Assembly (NCBI GenBank): GCA_964187785.1
Contig: OZ076409.1
Span: forward strand, 22,570,001 to 22,634,000
Direction of reading: 5' to 3'
Origin: Amphiscolops sp. MND2022
Lineage: Eukaryota
Length of the DNA: 64,000 nucleotides
Shown here: in pieces, positions 13,006 through 24,886 of the stretch
How positions within the stretch are numbered: the stretch's first letter is position 1
How the letters are laid out: every line of letters begins with the position of its first letter
Notes under the pieces: generated by a model
The model's input: only the letters and a program-made list of their open reading frames with translations
Told to the model about the DNA's origin: nothing
Database searches by the model: none
Made by a program: the position numbers and the translations under genes

Positions 13006-16000
13006 ATGTCGTCCGAAGAGCACAATGAAGTTGTTCCCGCTACCGCTACTGGAACCTTGATAGAAGAACAAGAAGTTCCACAACAGCTCGAAGAAACAGC
13101 TGTCAGCCAGGCTACTGCTGCACTAAAGGACGCTGAGTCCAAACAGCCTGATCCGCCAAAAGACAGTTCAGCAACGACTGACTTAACTCCTAGTCCTTCC
13201 ACCGATGAGAGTATCTCTTCATACATTGAGCGTCAGTTGCAGACTCTAGGTTGTCAGGGCACTGGGCTGGACATCTCTTTCTTGCATCCTACCACATCTG
13301 CCATCGTAGACAATGCGCCTGAGCCAACAACTGAGACGGTTTCTGAGTCGGAGCCAATTCCCCAGGTCGCAACCGGGTCAGCTCACAAGGAGTCGCCCGT
13401 AGTCGAGACTGAGCGAGTGACTGACATCGTCAGTGAAGCTGGATTTTCCGTCACCAGAGCGGATTATTTTCAAACAGACACCAGCGACGTTGAGGAGCTG
13501 CTCGATAGTTCCGGTGCTGGGACTGTCAAGGAATCTCCTTTCCTGATCACGATGGAAACACAAAGCGCCACTGGGTCAGAAACCCGCAAGGATACTGAGC
13601 AATTGTCCTGAGCAGGGTTGCCAGACGTCTCTTCCCCAAAACTTTTTAGTCCCACTAGACCTCTGTCCACCTCTGCTCGCACACTCATTAATCAACATTT
13701 CAGCGAGACCAATCCGAGCATTCTCCCAGTGGGCCATGCAACTGTAGCCTTTAATCAGGGACAGGTGCATTCCATCTTGCGCGCCGTCTCCACTGAGACA
13801 ATTACTTCTTCCCTACACCAGATGAAGAATATACTGGAGGAAGCTATCCGGGTGGGAATCCGTTCCCAATGCACCACACAAGGACCCGGCAAACAGCGGA
13901 TCAAGTGCTTCCGCAAACAGGCTGACAGCCATGGACCAGATGGACAAGATAGCGACGTTGGGACTGAGGGGTATACCAGCGGAGCCCTAAGTTCAGAAGA
14001 TAAGTTTGTCATCAACTCACAAAGGACCGGTGAGGAGCTTAGCATCATTTCTCCCCCAAGTCCTTCTGGCCAAGGTTCGTCTTCCACGCCTGGACCAACA
14101 TCTATGCACCAAGTTCCCAGTCCAGGTTTCTGCTCAGCTGATTATGAGCCATTGGCTACATTGACCACTGACCAAGCCTCCGCCTCTAGTCCACCACGCA
14201 AGCGTCGACAGCTTCCAGGACGTAGCGGCAAGATAATGAAGGGGCCTATTTCAAAGGAATCCAATGGCCCGCACGTTTGTTACTGGCCCACTAGACCCGG
14301 AGCACAACAAACACAAATTCTATTGCCAAATATGCAAGACGAATGTTTTAAAATTCTCGAAAGGTGCCCGGGAGATCGTTCGTCATTTCCAGTGCGAATC
14401 CCACTTCCGTAAGGACCAGCGCTGGAGATATGAACATCTGAAGAAGAAGGACAAAGTGACTGGCCGAATTGTCCATGAAGTCAGGGGGAAGAAGGGCCAA
14501 CTGCTGACACCTTTGGAACTTGAAAAGGAGAAACCCTTCTTCATGCAGGCCCCTTTAGTTGAAACTGGTTGCAGTTACCCGTTTTACGAAAACCACATGG
14601 CAGGCCTGGGATCCATTGCTGGACAGGAGGAAATCAGATTGTGTGTCCAAGTCTCCATGGTTGCCCTCTTCGCTCCTCGCTGTGGGGATCTGCACGTCCT
14701 TGAGTTGCTATGGTCGCAGATTGGCACTGTAACCAACCACCAGAGTCTGTTCTCTCCATACGATTGGGGTGCTTCCACACTGACAGTAAGTATCGTCATT
14801 TTCTAGCCCCAGGGTCCTTCCGGACTAGCATAGCCTAGATATACTTTCATCCTTGTTGATATGTTTCAGACTATTTTCCATCACATCTTCCTCTGTGGTA
14901 TCGCAGACATCGCGTACCAAGTCAGTGTCACGGGCCAATACTCTTTGGAGTTTGCGATCAGAGGCACCTACAACTTTGTCTCGATTCGTTTCTGGAAGGG
15001 CGAATCCCTTAATGTCGTCCGTTTGCTGCGTTACCAGAACTGCTTCAGAGCCTGCTGCCGGTTTCCTGTTGGCACTTTCCCGTCTCTTGTCCGTGTTGTC
15101 AACACAGCCCCAAATTGTGAGCGTGTCTGGATGTCTTGCTGAGCTAATCCCGCTTCTTGAACGTTCTTGCTTCATCCAAAAGGGGATTGAGTACCCCTTT
15201 CGATTCGATGCATTTTCTTTGCCGGACATGATGCACGAACGGTGGGGAAGCGTGTTTGGTACCATCAGCTTCTTCTCACAGCTGAAGTTTCTGGTTGCCT
15301 TCTTGGACGGCTGCAGCGGACAGCCATGGGCCGCCCTAATGCCTGAATTCGTCAAGGTAAGGTCATTGTCTGTTCGACTGTAGGTCCAGATTTAGACTGC
15401 TTCTAATAAACATATTATCTGTGGGCTATGTCTACCCATCATCTGGAGATCGCTGCTGTGCCAACCATATGTTCGGAGCTGATTGCGAACTGGAAGTCTG
15501 TGCACCTACACTTGACGAAGATTGCGCCACCGCAAGTGAATCAGGAGGTCAAGAACAAGCCCCAAAGTCTCGAGTGGGAGATCATAGCTGATGATCTCTT
15601 CACCATCAAACTGGAGCTCTTCGCACGGATTGTTCGTGATTGTTAGTATATTGATCTTTTCTTTCTGTCCTCAGGACACACAGTCTCGGTTTTATTTGCC
15701 ACTAAATAAGGTTCATACAAGATGTAGTGGATTGACATATTAGGTCCAATGATGTCATAAGGACCAGGTGGGACAATAATATATTTTGTTTTCCAGACAC
15801 CAAGAGCTTCGACAGCCAGTTTACACAGCAAAGGGATAGCAGTTTCTACACTTTCCGCGAATTCCATACTTTCATCCGAAAGCTGGCTGCCCAAGCCCTT
15901 CTCCCTAGACACGTGCCTGAGATACTGGACTGGAAGTCGCTGGGTGACTTGCAAGGACAGAACTGGCGACAACTGTCAAATCGCGATTTCTTGAGTCGCT

Positions 16001-16947
16001 TGAAGCTCAAGGAGAATTTGGATGCTGCATGCCTCGCGCGCGTCAAGAAGATTTACAGTGAGAAACAATTGACTCCTGAAGAAACAGAAGCTGCAGTTGA
16101 GGCCAGTCAAGACGATTTCGCCACTAAGGCCCGAGGTTACCTCGTCCATCTTTTGAAAGTCTTCCTTGCAGACATTAGCCTCAATACTGGTATCGTGAGA
16201 GGCTTAGGCAGTTTCGATCCAGTAGCCCTCCTGAGTCTGCCGCTTGAACAGGCCACATATTGCTTCTTCACTTTATATCGGTCCTTCAGTTTGCGAGGAT
16301 GGTTGGAGAATTCCCCAGAGGCAGATGCCCGAGACGAGTACGTCGATTTTGTAGAGTACTTCCGTCAAGCAAATTCTGGAGCTAAGGACACCCCGGAGGT
16401 CTTCACCGACATGGTAGCCTTTCTGATGAGCATGCCCGAATTGAAGTTGCGCAAACATTCATTCTACGTCTTCCAGTTGAGTTGCCTGTGTCTAACTTCT
16501 AAATTGCCAGAACTCCCAGCCATCAAACTCTCTGGAGTAGATTGCAATGATCCCCGAAGTAGGCTTTTCGATGTCATCATGCCCGCACAGTCCTACCTTG
16601 CTAATGTGGTGAATTCAGTAGCTGTGTGCACTACAGAAGCTTCCCTGGGTACTTTCAAAGATTTGGAATTCCGTTTCAGTAGCGGCAACGTCCCAGGAGA
16701 TCCTTGGTCACACGTAGACAGTTTCGGCAAGGCCAATTTGCACAAAACCCTGATCGCAGTCTACAAGGCTCTGGGCAAGAGTTTCCGTCTTGACATCGAG
16801 TCCGCTTCCAGCACTTCGTCTAAAGAAGGGGGAAAACAGCGTAAGCAGTCCCCCGATAAAGGCAAGAAGGTTGGCTTCCGGTTACCTAGCGGAACTGAAG
16901 TCACAAAGTCCTCCGATGTGAACGCTCCCGGGACTTCTCAACCTTAA
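13006..16947 (+). pseudogene. Antisense spliced gene of element A: BED-type zinc finger + degenerate hAT-transposase-like protein (exons 13004-14785, 14870-15356, 15425-15641, 15797-16947), with stop/frameshift lesions
   Basis: FYCQICKTN...IVRHFQCESHFRKDQRW zinc finger. Introns lie at the same codons as in B; the acceptor at 15424 reads GG instead of AG. Colinear homology to B along most of the length. Confidence 0.85.
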
Positions 16948-17169
16948 ATGTACAGAGAGTACATTTGTTTCTAGACTGTAATTGTTGTAAACTGTTTTGT
17001 ATTTATTTCATCTATTTGTTGGTTTGTTTGGGTGTGGCCTTGTTTTATTCGCCACTGAGTCTTCTTTATTGTATATAATTATTTCAAGTAACAAAATAAG
17101 TCAGAAAAGTCCCAAGTAGAAATTAAATGTCCACACGGACTAGTAGTAAAGGAAAAAGGGACTGCTAAT

Positions 17170-20100
17170 TCAAGTTTCTGGCTTGTATCTGTTTTCATCA
17201 GTAAAGTTGTGGTTGGGGTTAGGTCGATGATTGTATCTCCCTCCTCTAGGGCTAGAGTTTTCTTCAGAGTTTTTTTCCCGATATTCCGGGCACGGTAATA
17301 TCTGCGCCTCTATTTGAAACATTTCCTGCATCTTGTAAATCATTAGTGACGTCATTTTCATATTGCGTAGTGTTAGTCTTTTCATCCAATGGTGACAACA
17401 CGTCTCGGCTATTACGTGACTGCGTTCGTGTTTCATTCTCGTTGACGTCATCCTCGTTAATTCGTTCGCTGTGGCTTTCACTCTCGCTTGCGCTGCCGCG
17501 TTCATTCTCGATGACGTAATTTTCTACACTGCCGTCCTCAGCGTCGGTTGGCCGGCGTGTGGCCACGTCGGTCCAATCATCTTTTCTCGGTTCAAATATT
17601 TCGTAGTCGAAATCCACTTCCCATGAGATAGTGTACAAGTCGTCTTGTGGTACTACAATCTCATTGTCAGGTTGTAATTTTTCGCCTTCATATTTGTCCT
17701 CTAAGGGGGCATTTCATATAAATTTCTTTAGTCTAATACGATGGAGTATTTGCGTTTTATTGGTATTCAATCGACGCACAATATAATTGTCATTGGACAA
17801 AACTGTCTGAACGACAAAGGGGCCAATCCTCCGGTATTCCCTGAATAAGATTTTTGATGCTTGGCTATCCGCTTTAGGCTGTAAAACGAAGCAATAATCC
17901 TTCTCTTTAAGCGGAGCTGCTTTGGCCTTTCGGTCGTAATAGTCTTTGTACTTTAAATAGGACTGCATAATGTTCTTTTTAGTCTGGTCGATGAGGATTT
18001 GTGTCCTCTGTTGTACTTCTTCCGCAAATTCCGTAGTTGGCAAGAAATTTTTGTTGGGGTTGTTTCCCAATTTGTGATCTAGGACGTTAAAAGGAATTCT
18101 GCCATGAAAGACTTTGCTCGGCTCATATCCAATACTGGAGTGGTATGTAGTATTGTAGTTGAGCACGGCCAATGGCAAGTATTTATGCCACTGTCGTCGA
18201 TATTCCCCTGAGGCCATTTTCAAGTTGGTCTTGATTGAGGCATGCGTCCTCTCAAGTTTGCCAATTGTTTGCGGGTGCTTTGTTGTGGCGCATTTGAGTG
18301 TTATGCTCAAAATTTGAGTTATCTCAGCTTTGATGGTTGATGTAAATGCGGTCCCTTTGTCCGTAAAAAGAGTTGTCGGTAAATATGAATGTTTCGTCAT
18401 AGTGTCTATTATTACTTTGGCTACATTTGTGACTGTCGCCTCAACTAGCGGGTAGGCGAATAGGTATCTCGAAAAAACATCAATAGCTGTCTTTACTGTT
18501 TGGTAGGCGCCACTGGTTGGTAGATTTGGTAATAAATCAATTTGCATGGCGTCTTCAGGACCGAGGTTCCATTCGGGCCTATTTAGCAATTCTGGTGTAA
18601 TAGTATTATTGGGGACCCTCTTGTCTCTGGCACACGTTTCGCAGCTTTCTACCCATTTTTTGACATGTTTAGCCATTCCGGGATAGTAGTATTTTTGGCG
18701 AATTTTTTGTAGCATTTTGGATATGCCGGGGTGTCGGTGTGCCGTGCCAGGTATTGCTTGTAGTAATTCTTTCAACAAGTGTTTTGGCAATAAAATGTGG
18801 TGGTATTTGACTTGGCCTGTTTCATCATAGTATTTCCTTGTCAAAATTTTGTCTTTGAGGACTATTCGGTTTTTTCAAATAATGTCTATACCGAATGTCC
18901 TGCTGGAGGATTTCTTCAGAGTATTCCTCATTCTGAATTTTTGCTTTTATTTGAAGCAAGATCGGGTCTTTTGTTCTAGCAGTATTTGGTTAGTTCTGCG
19001 GAGTTTCTGCGTGAAATTAGTAATTTCTTCAACAACATTTTCTGATATGGCATCAATCTCGATGACGGTCTCTGCGACCATGAGTCCTGCTTTCGATTGC
19101 CTTTTTCGTTCCCAAATTTGTTCTCCCGTTTCATTATCTTCCTCAGTGAAGAACACTTGTTCCTCTTCGGACACACCGGCCGATTAAACATTGACTTCAA
19201 TAGGTTGTGTTTCAACGTCCGTGCGAATCTTCAGGACTAACTTTTCAGTAGGGTCCATTTCCATACGGGACAGATAGTCTGCCGCTGTATTATTTTTGCC
19301 TAGAATGTGGGCTTTAGTGAAATTGAACTGGATGACGAAATCACATGCATTCCATAATGACGGCGGTATAATCTTGGTCTGGAAGAACCTTGTGACCGAT
19401 TTGTTGTCTGTAAGGATAATTACCGGTTTGGGTGTCCCCCAGAATATATGTCCGAATTCTTTAAACGCGTAATATATAGCGAGAAATTCTTTCGCACATA
19501 TCGACCTTTTGAGTTGGGAAGGAACAAAAGTTTTCGAGCCATAAGCAATAGGCGCATAGGATTTCTTGACTGAAGTGAATTTCTGGGTTGGATCGTCTTC
19601 AGTGAGTATAGCATCCCTGCTGCCGTAAAGCTGGCATCTGTCATCAGGACTAGCTGTTGATTCGGCAGCGGTTGCCTCAAGGCTAGCTGGCTACATCGAT
19701 CCAGGTCTCTATTGATTTCGTTGAATTGTTCGATTAACTTCGATGTCACTAAGACCTTCTCGTCCTTCTTGAGTAGTTGAAAAAAGGGAACCCGTTTTTC
19801 TGACAGTCTCGGTATGTAGTTTCTGTAGTAATGGAGGAATCCAAGGTATCTTTGCAAGGCTTTTTTGGATTTTGGGTATTTAGTTTTTTCTAGGAAATTT
19901 GTAATGCTTTCTTTTTGAGGCTTGACGCCCTCGGTGGTGATTGTTCTTCCCAGAAAGTCGATTTCGGTTGCGCCGAAATGGCATTTGTGCATTGTCAATT
20001 TTAATCCAGCCTCTCTGATGCATTCAAATGTGGCTCGGAGGTTTTTGATCAAGTGTTCAGTATCATTTGCCGCTATGCCAATGTCGTCGACATATTGCGC

Positions 20101-22260
20101 ACATTGATCAGCCTTGATAACTCGGTCCAAGTAATCCCTCATAAAACTGGAGAAGACCGACAGGGCTCTGCTGAGTCCTTGGGCCAATCTTCTGTAAGCA
20201 AAAATTCTGCTGGCAAAATTGAAGGCTAACATTTCAAGAGACCTTTGGTCTGCCATTTGAAGGCAGTGGTACGCCTGTGAGCAGTCGAGTTTGCAAAAGA
20301 GCTTCTTCCCGGCCATATGTTGCGCAGTGTCCGTTAAGGTACTAACTGGGTGGTTATTAATAATATAATCATCGGAGATCAAATTATTGATCTTTCTGAG
20401 GTCTACTAATAACCGTAGTTTCCCATTGGACTTCTTTTGCGCAAAAACAGGACTGGCGTATTTTGAGAACGGCAACGTACTTATGATACCGTATTTGTGG
20501 AGTAACGCCAACTCAAACAGGATATCCTCTTTTAAATTGATCGGAGTCGGTAAGCTCTGGCTGTAGGCAGGTGAGTCGTCCTTCGGGGTCAGTTTGACCG
20601 TGAACTCCTCGTTCATCCCAATATCAAACCTATGGCGGGCGAATATGTCGTGAAATTCCACTAAGAGAGCTTCTATTTGTTTGATTTCATGCTGTTGTAG
20701 CATTGAGTCTTTCCAGTCAAAATTACTGAGGAACTTTTGCCAAAATTCTTCATCTTCTTGAGGATTGAGGCTTTCTGCTTCTTGCAAATTTTGTAGTTCT
20801 CTGAGTATTCGTTTTTGTATTGGCGTGTGGGACTCTTAGTCCCCCGGATTCTCAGGAGTTGGAAACCAATATTGTTCGTATTGGTCATTGTTCCTGTTGG
20901 CTTTGAGAAGGCTGCTAATGTAGTGCACAGCGTCTTCTTCGTTTGCATTGAGTAGATGCCAGGTGGACACTGGGTCTATTGGCCTGACATGTTTCATCTG
21001 CTCGGGCGTCATTACTGAAAAGTTGGCTAGTGTGCATCCCTTTTTTGAGTTTGTAGGGTTGATCAGTGAAATTATTGACGTGTATCCTTGTGGTCCCTTC
21101 ATCCAGCGTAATTATAGCAGCGCAGAATGTTATATCATTTTCTTCATTTAGGGGTTCACTGGGCTGTAAGATCCCAGTGACAGCATTTTCTGCATAAATT
21201 CTGGACTAAATCGAGATAATTGTACGGTCATTTGGCAGAATTGTTACATCCTCAGGGTTGAGGATGGGTTCCATGACGTTCGAGTATTTGTGGTCAGCCG
21301 TTTTCAATTGCATTAAGAGAAAGGGAAAACTGAGTATGCCTTGGCGCATGTCTAGGACTGTGTGGTTTCTTTGTAAGAACATAAGTCCAATTAAAGGGCT
21401 GGATAGTTTTTCCATTACAATGAAGATTTCATGGAACTGAATGTCCCCCACTTCAAATTTCAGTTCCACGGTACTTTTGGGAGTCTCTAGGTCACCATTT
21501 GCAACCATTATTTGGAAAGATGGGGCAGGTCCCTCTTTTACTATGGATTGGTGCGCTAGTAGCCGTATTTTCCTGAAGTCTGCTTCTGGTATTCCACTGG
21601 AGTGGGCCCCAGTGTCTATGAGTCCATCTAACGTTAATTCTCCGAAGTCCATTGGAAAGTATAACATCCGCCTTTTGATTTTAAGTCCAAGATTAGTGGA
21701 AAGGGGAACGTATGGCGGCTCGCCTTGTTGTTCCACTGAAATATGCAGGAAGGCTGTTTCATCTAGAAGGCTGTTGAGGCCTTGATAGTCTTCCTGGTGT
21801 TGAGGTTCCACTATTTCTTCTATAATGGCTTCAGCATTTTGCTGCCAAAGTTCAATGAGGGCCCTAGAGGGTTTGGTGTCCTCTATCGTCCTTATCGTCC
21901 GTTGGTGGATAGTCGTCACGTCTGAATTGTAGGTTTTGTCTATCAAATAGTCCGTCGTCCCAATACGGGTCCTTGCCGTACTCAGGATCAGGGTACTGAG
22001 GGTGATAATCTTCGATCAAAGGTAAAGGTCGGAATTGAGTCTCAAAGTCCTTAGTATGGTCAATTTCGTAAAATAGGTCTGGGCGATCATTATGTACTAT
22101 TTTATAAGTTCGAATACAGGCTTTTTCCATTTGCTGCTGCCAGACAACAGTGGGAATACCTTTTGTATCCTAAATTCTTTGGCTGTAATTGATTATTGGA
22201 GGGTCTGAAATGACATATTGTCGAACTGACATATAGTCATGTATTTGGAGCAGTGGCAAA
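17170..22260 (-). pseudogene. pol: pol of element A (protease, RT, RNase H, integrase), with several frameshifts/stops
   Basis: LIDTGA, YVDD, TDAS, integrase H..HPG..C..C and QIDL/TDKG/ERTH motifs spread over ORF fragments; closely similar to B pol. Confidence 0.95.
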
Positions 22261-22261
22261 A

Positions 22262-23953
22262 TTAGTTTGTTGAATCAGTCTTTTTGGTATTGGATTGGCT
22301 TGAACTAGTAGCCGCCGAGTCACTAGTTGTTTTAGGTTTGCCTTCCGAGGTTGAAGCATTTGCATCCTTTTGCTCTGTCTGTGTTTTCTCGGGGCGCAGG
22401 TGGTGGGCGCCAGCGCCGTGCCAACATATTTCAGTTGAATGGTTCTTTTTCCCGCATGTGTCACATGGTGGGTAAGTTGGACCCTGTGGTATTTTGCCGT
22501 CTTTTTCCTCCATTTCCTTCTTTTTCTTGAGTTTAGGACAGCTTTTGTAATAATGTCCCGTTGCTTTACAGTAGGAGCATTGGGCATCTTTGTTAGTGTT
22601 GATGCCGTTAGACAGCAAATTGCTCTGATTCGTGGACGCCGAGGCCATAGTGGCCATTGGCAAGTCATCTGACTCTTCTAGTGCATTGAGTTCTAGTTCT
22701 CTTTCAAGATGAGCAATAATTTCTTCGTACGTTCCGTTCTCCAACCGGGCCATGTTGACAGATCTTTTTAGCTTTGGTGGAAGTTTCGCGTATAGCAAGC
22801 TGTCAATCATGCTTTTTGCATTTTCGCCAAAGGCTTTTTCAGCCCCTTGGTTCAATTCTTCCAAAAAGTCCGGCAATTTCCTGGTACCTGGGTCGTACGT
22901 CAGTCGATGCCATTTGTGTTTTGCCGTCACTTGGTATTCCGGTTTAACGTACTTTCTCCGGAAAAAGACCAGTACGTCCTCCAGAGTCTGACGGTTGATA
23001 GAATTTATGTTCCTGAACGTCTGTAATGCCCCTTTTCGTAACAATGAATGGAAATGATTGGTTTTCATCTGTTCTGTCCATGTAGGTTGCATTTTGATCA
23101 TCGTGTGGAACAAGAACTCGAAAAGCTCAAATTTTTCGCTTTTCCCGTCGAATGTCATTGGCGTTGTTTGGACAGGTCTAATGGTCATATTGTGAGGTTT
23201 ATTTTGTAAATTGACTAATACATCAGCCAATCTATTGAGCGGGTCCTGAGTTGTCTCGGGGACCTCGGGGTCTGGGGCTGGCAGAGCCGCATCCAGAGAG
23301 ACATTGTGGTTAGATTGTTGCCTCTCCAGGTTGGGGATTGAGTGGATTCGTCCAGTCAGAAATTCAGGAATTTGCTGTTGGGTGTCAATAGCTCCTGTCA
23401 CCAAGTGAGAATCATGACCCATGGTATGTCTTAAATCTCCTACAGATCGTGAATCTTTCTTTGCAATCTTTATTTTAGGCCCAGATGCGCTTTCCCTGTT
23501 TTCCTGACTATTAGGGGACAAACTGGCCTCAGTGTCCCTATGACCTGTAGAGGACATCGAGTTAGCAATGTTTTGGATTTCTGGGATGACTCTTTCAGCT
23601 ATAGCTGCCGTAATGGCTCTATTTATCTGACTCTGCATCATTGACATCATAGAGTCCATTTCTTGAGACAGTCTAAGGTTGAATTCATTTGAGAAAGTTT
23701 CAAAAGACTGTCTGACTTCATTTTGTCTCAGTAGATCATTTTCATGTAAGTAATTCCTATATTCATTTTCTTGGTACGCATTTGTATAAGCGTCCCCGTG
23801 GGTCGACGACTGATCTATCGCTTCAGCTAAATCTCTTTCTACGGGATTATTATTACTATTTCCCAGCATCACGTCTAAGTTTTCAAAGTCGGACATCATG
23901 TCCATTTCTCTAGATTTCCTGGCTTTAGCCTTTTGTTTTCTTGTGGAAGGCAT
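22262..23953 (-). CDS. gag: gag of element A (563 aa, two CCHC knuckles), starting inside the 5' LTR
   Basis: FDGKSEKFELFE capsid-like region, CSYCKATGHYYKSC and CDTCGKKNHSTEIC; open frame. Confidence 0.92.
   Translation of the reverse strand: MPSTRKQKAKARKSREMDMMSDFENLDVMLGNSNNNPVERDLAEAIDQSSTHGDAYTNAYQENEYRNYLHENDLLRQNEVRQSFETFSNEFNLRLSQEMDSMMSMMQSQINRAITAAIAERVIPEIQNIANSMSSTGHRDTEASLSPNSQENRESASGPKIKIAKKDSRSVGDLRHTMGHDSHLVTGAIDTQQQIPEFLTGRIHSIPNLERQQSNHNVSLDAALPAPDPEVPETTQDPLNRLADVLVNLQNKPHNMTIRPVQTTPMTFDGKSEKFELFEFLFHTMIKMQPTWTEQMKTNHFHSLLRKGALQTFRNINSINRQTLEDVLVFFRRKYVKPEYQVTAKHKWHRLTYDPGTRKLPDFLEELNQGAEKAFGENAKSMIDSLLYAKLPPKLKRSVNMARLENGTYEEIIAHLERELELNALEESDDLPMATMASASTNQSNLLSNGINTNKDAQCSYCKATGHYYKSCPKLKKKKEMEEKDGKIPQGPTYPPCDTCGKKNHSTEICWHGAGAHHLRPEKTQTEQKDANASTSEGKPKTTSDSAATSSSQSNTKKTDSTN
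23392..23403 (-). promoter_or_regulatory. Primer-binding site of A (TGGTGACAGGAG, tRNA-Leu-like)
   Basis: Immediately follows the 5' LTR; identical 12-mer in B. Confidence 0.75.
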
Positions 23954-24886
23954 AAAAGATTGTTACAAGATAAAGAAGTGAATTATCTTTTAGCTTGTAA
24001 ATCCAGTGTGAGATTACTAAACAGTGAGTAACTAGCATGTAGTATCATACAAAAGTTGTTGTCCCCGGGACTAAGTGTCCCGAGTATATATACTTGGAAC
24101 TACATGACGTTCATAATTTTAGCTGTCATGAGATAAAAATAGCCCTAACGGCTTTCTAAATATAGCCAATGCTATAAATAGTAACAAGCATCATCATGAC
24201 GTTATATACATCAAAGGGCCTTCCCGACAGCCCGTGAGTCCATACGGACAATCAACTATATATGTGCATAAAACTAAACAAAATACATGTATTTCAACAC
24301 TGGTTAGGATTACATGAATTATATGAAAATGCACTTGTAGCTCGTTGTCTGCCGTATTTCATAAGTCCTTTGAGGACCAATAATGCATCATATGGGAAAC
24401 TAAAACACCAACAATTATGTAATTGATAATAATCACTAGCTTGCGCTTTTAATTTAGTTGCGAACTCAGCGTCCAATAGACATGAACGGACCAGCGCTTT
24501 ATTGACAGGCGGCATATTGCCTTCCAGTCCTTTAATCTAATAATATGGTACAGCAACGAATAAAGAGAAAACTGCGCTGTGATTGGCTAACGACTTAACT
24601 GGACTGGCGGACCAAGGCGACAGGCGAGAAAACATTCGAACGCGTTTCCTTTACCTGTACGCCTTGGTGTCCAATTAAATTACATATTAACGCCAGTATA
24701 TTAACTTTACATGTGATTGCATAATACAAAACATATTATGAAATAAACTATAATGTTTACATGACTTTATAGGATAATTTTATTTTTGTTTGCGAGTTTA
24801 ATTTAGAGGAAGGGTGTAGGGCTGTACTTTCTTGTAGTCGTGGCAAATTGAATATACGTTGCCATCACAGGCGGACGCCTGGGACA
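23404..24886 (-). repeat. 5' LTR of element A (1483 bp)
   Basis: Direct repeat of 9660-10973 with internal indels; starts TGTCCCAGGCG on the minus strand. Confidence 0.92.

Larger units (their letters stand above)
9660..24886 (-). mobile_element. Element A: full-length (15.2 kb) decayed Ty3/Gypsy LTR retrotransposon with antisense hAT-like gene and accessory ORF
   Basis: TSD CCTAG at 9655-9659 and 24887-24891; paired LTRs; PBS; gag, then PR-RT-RH-IN order. Confidence 0.95.
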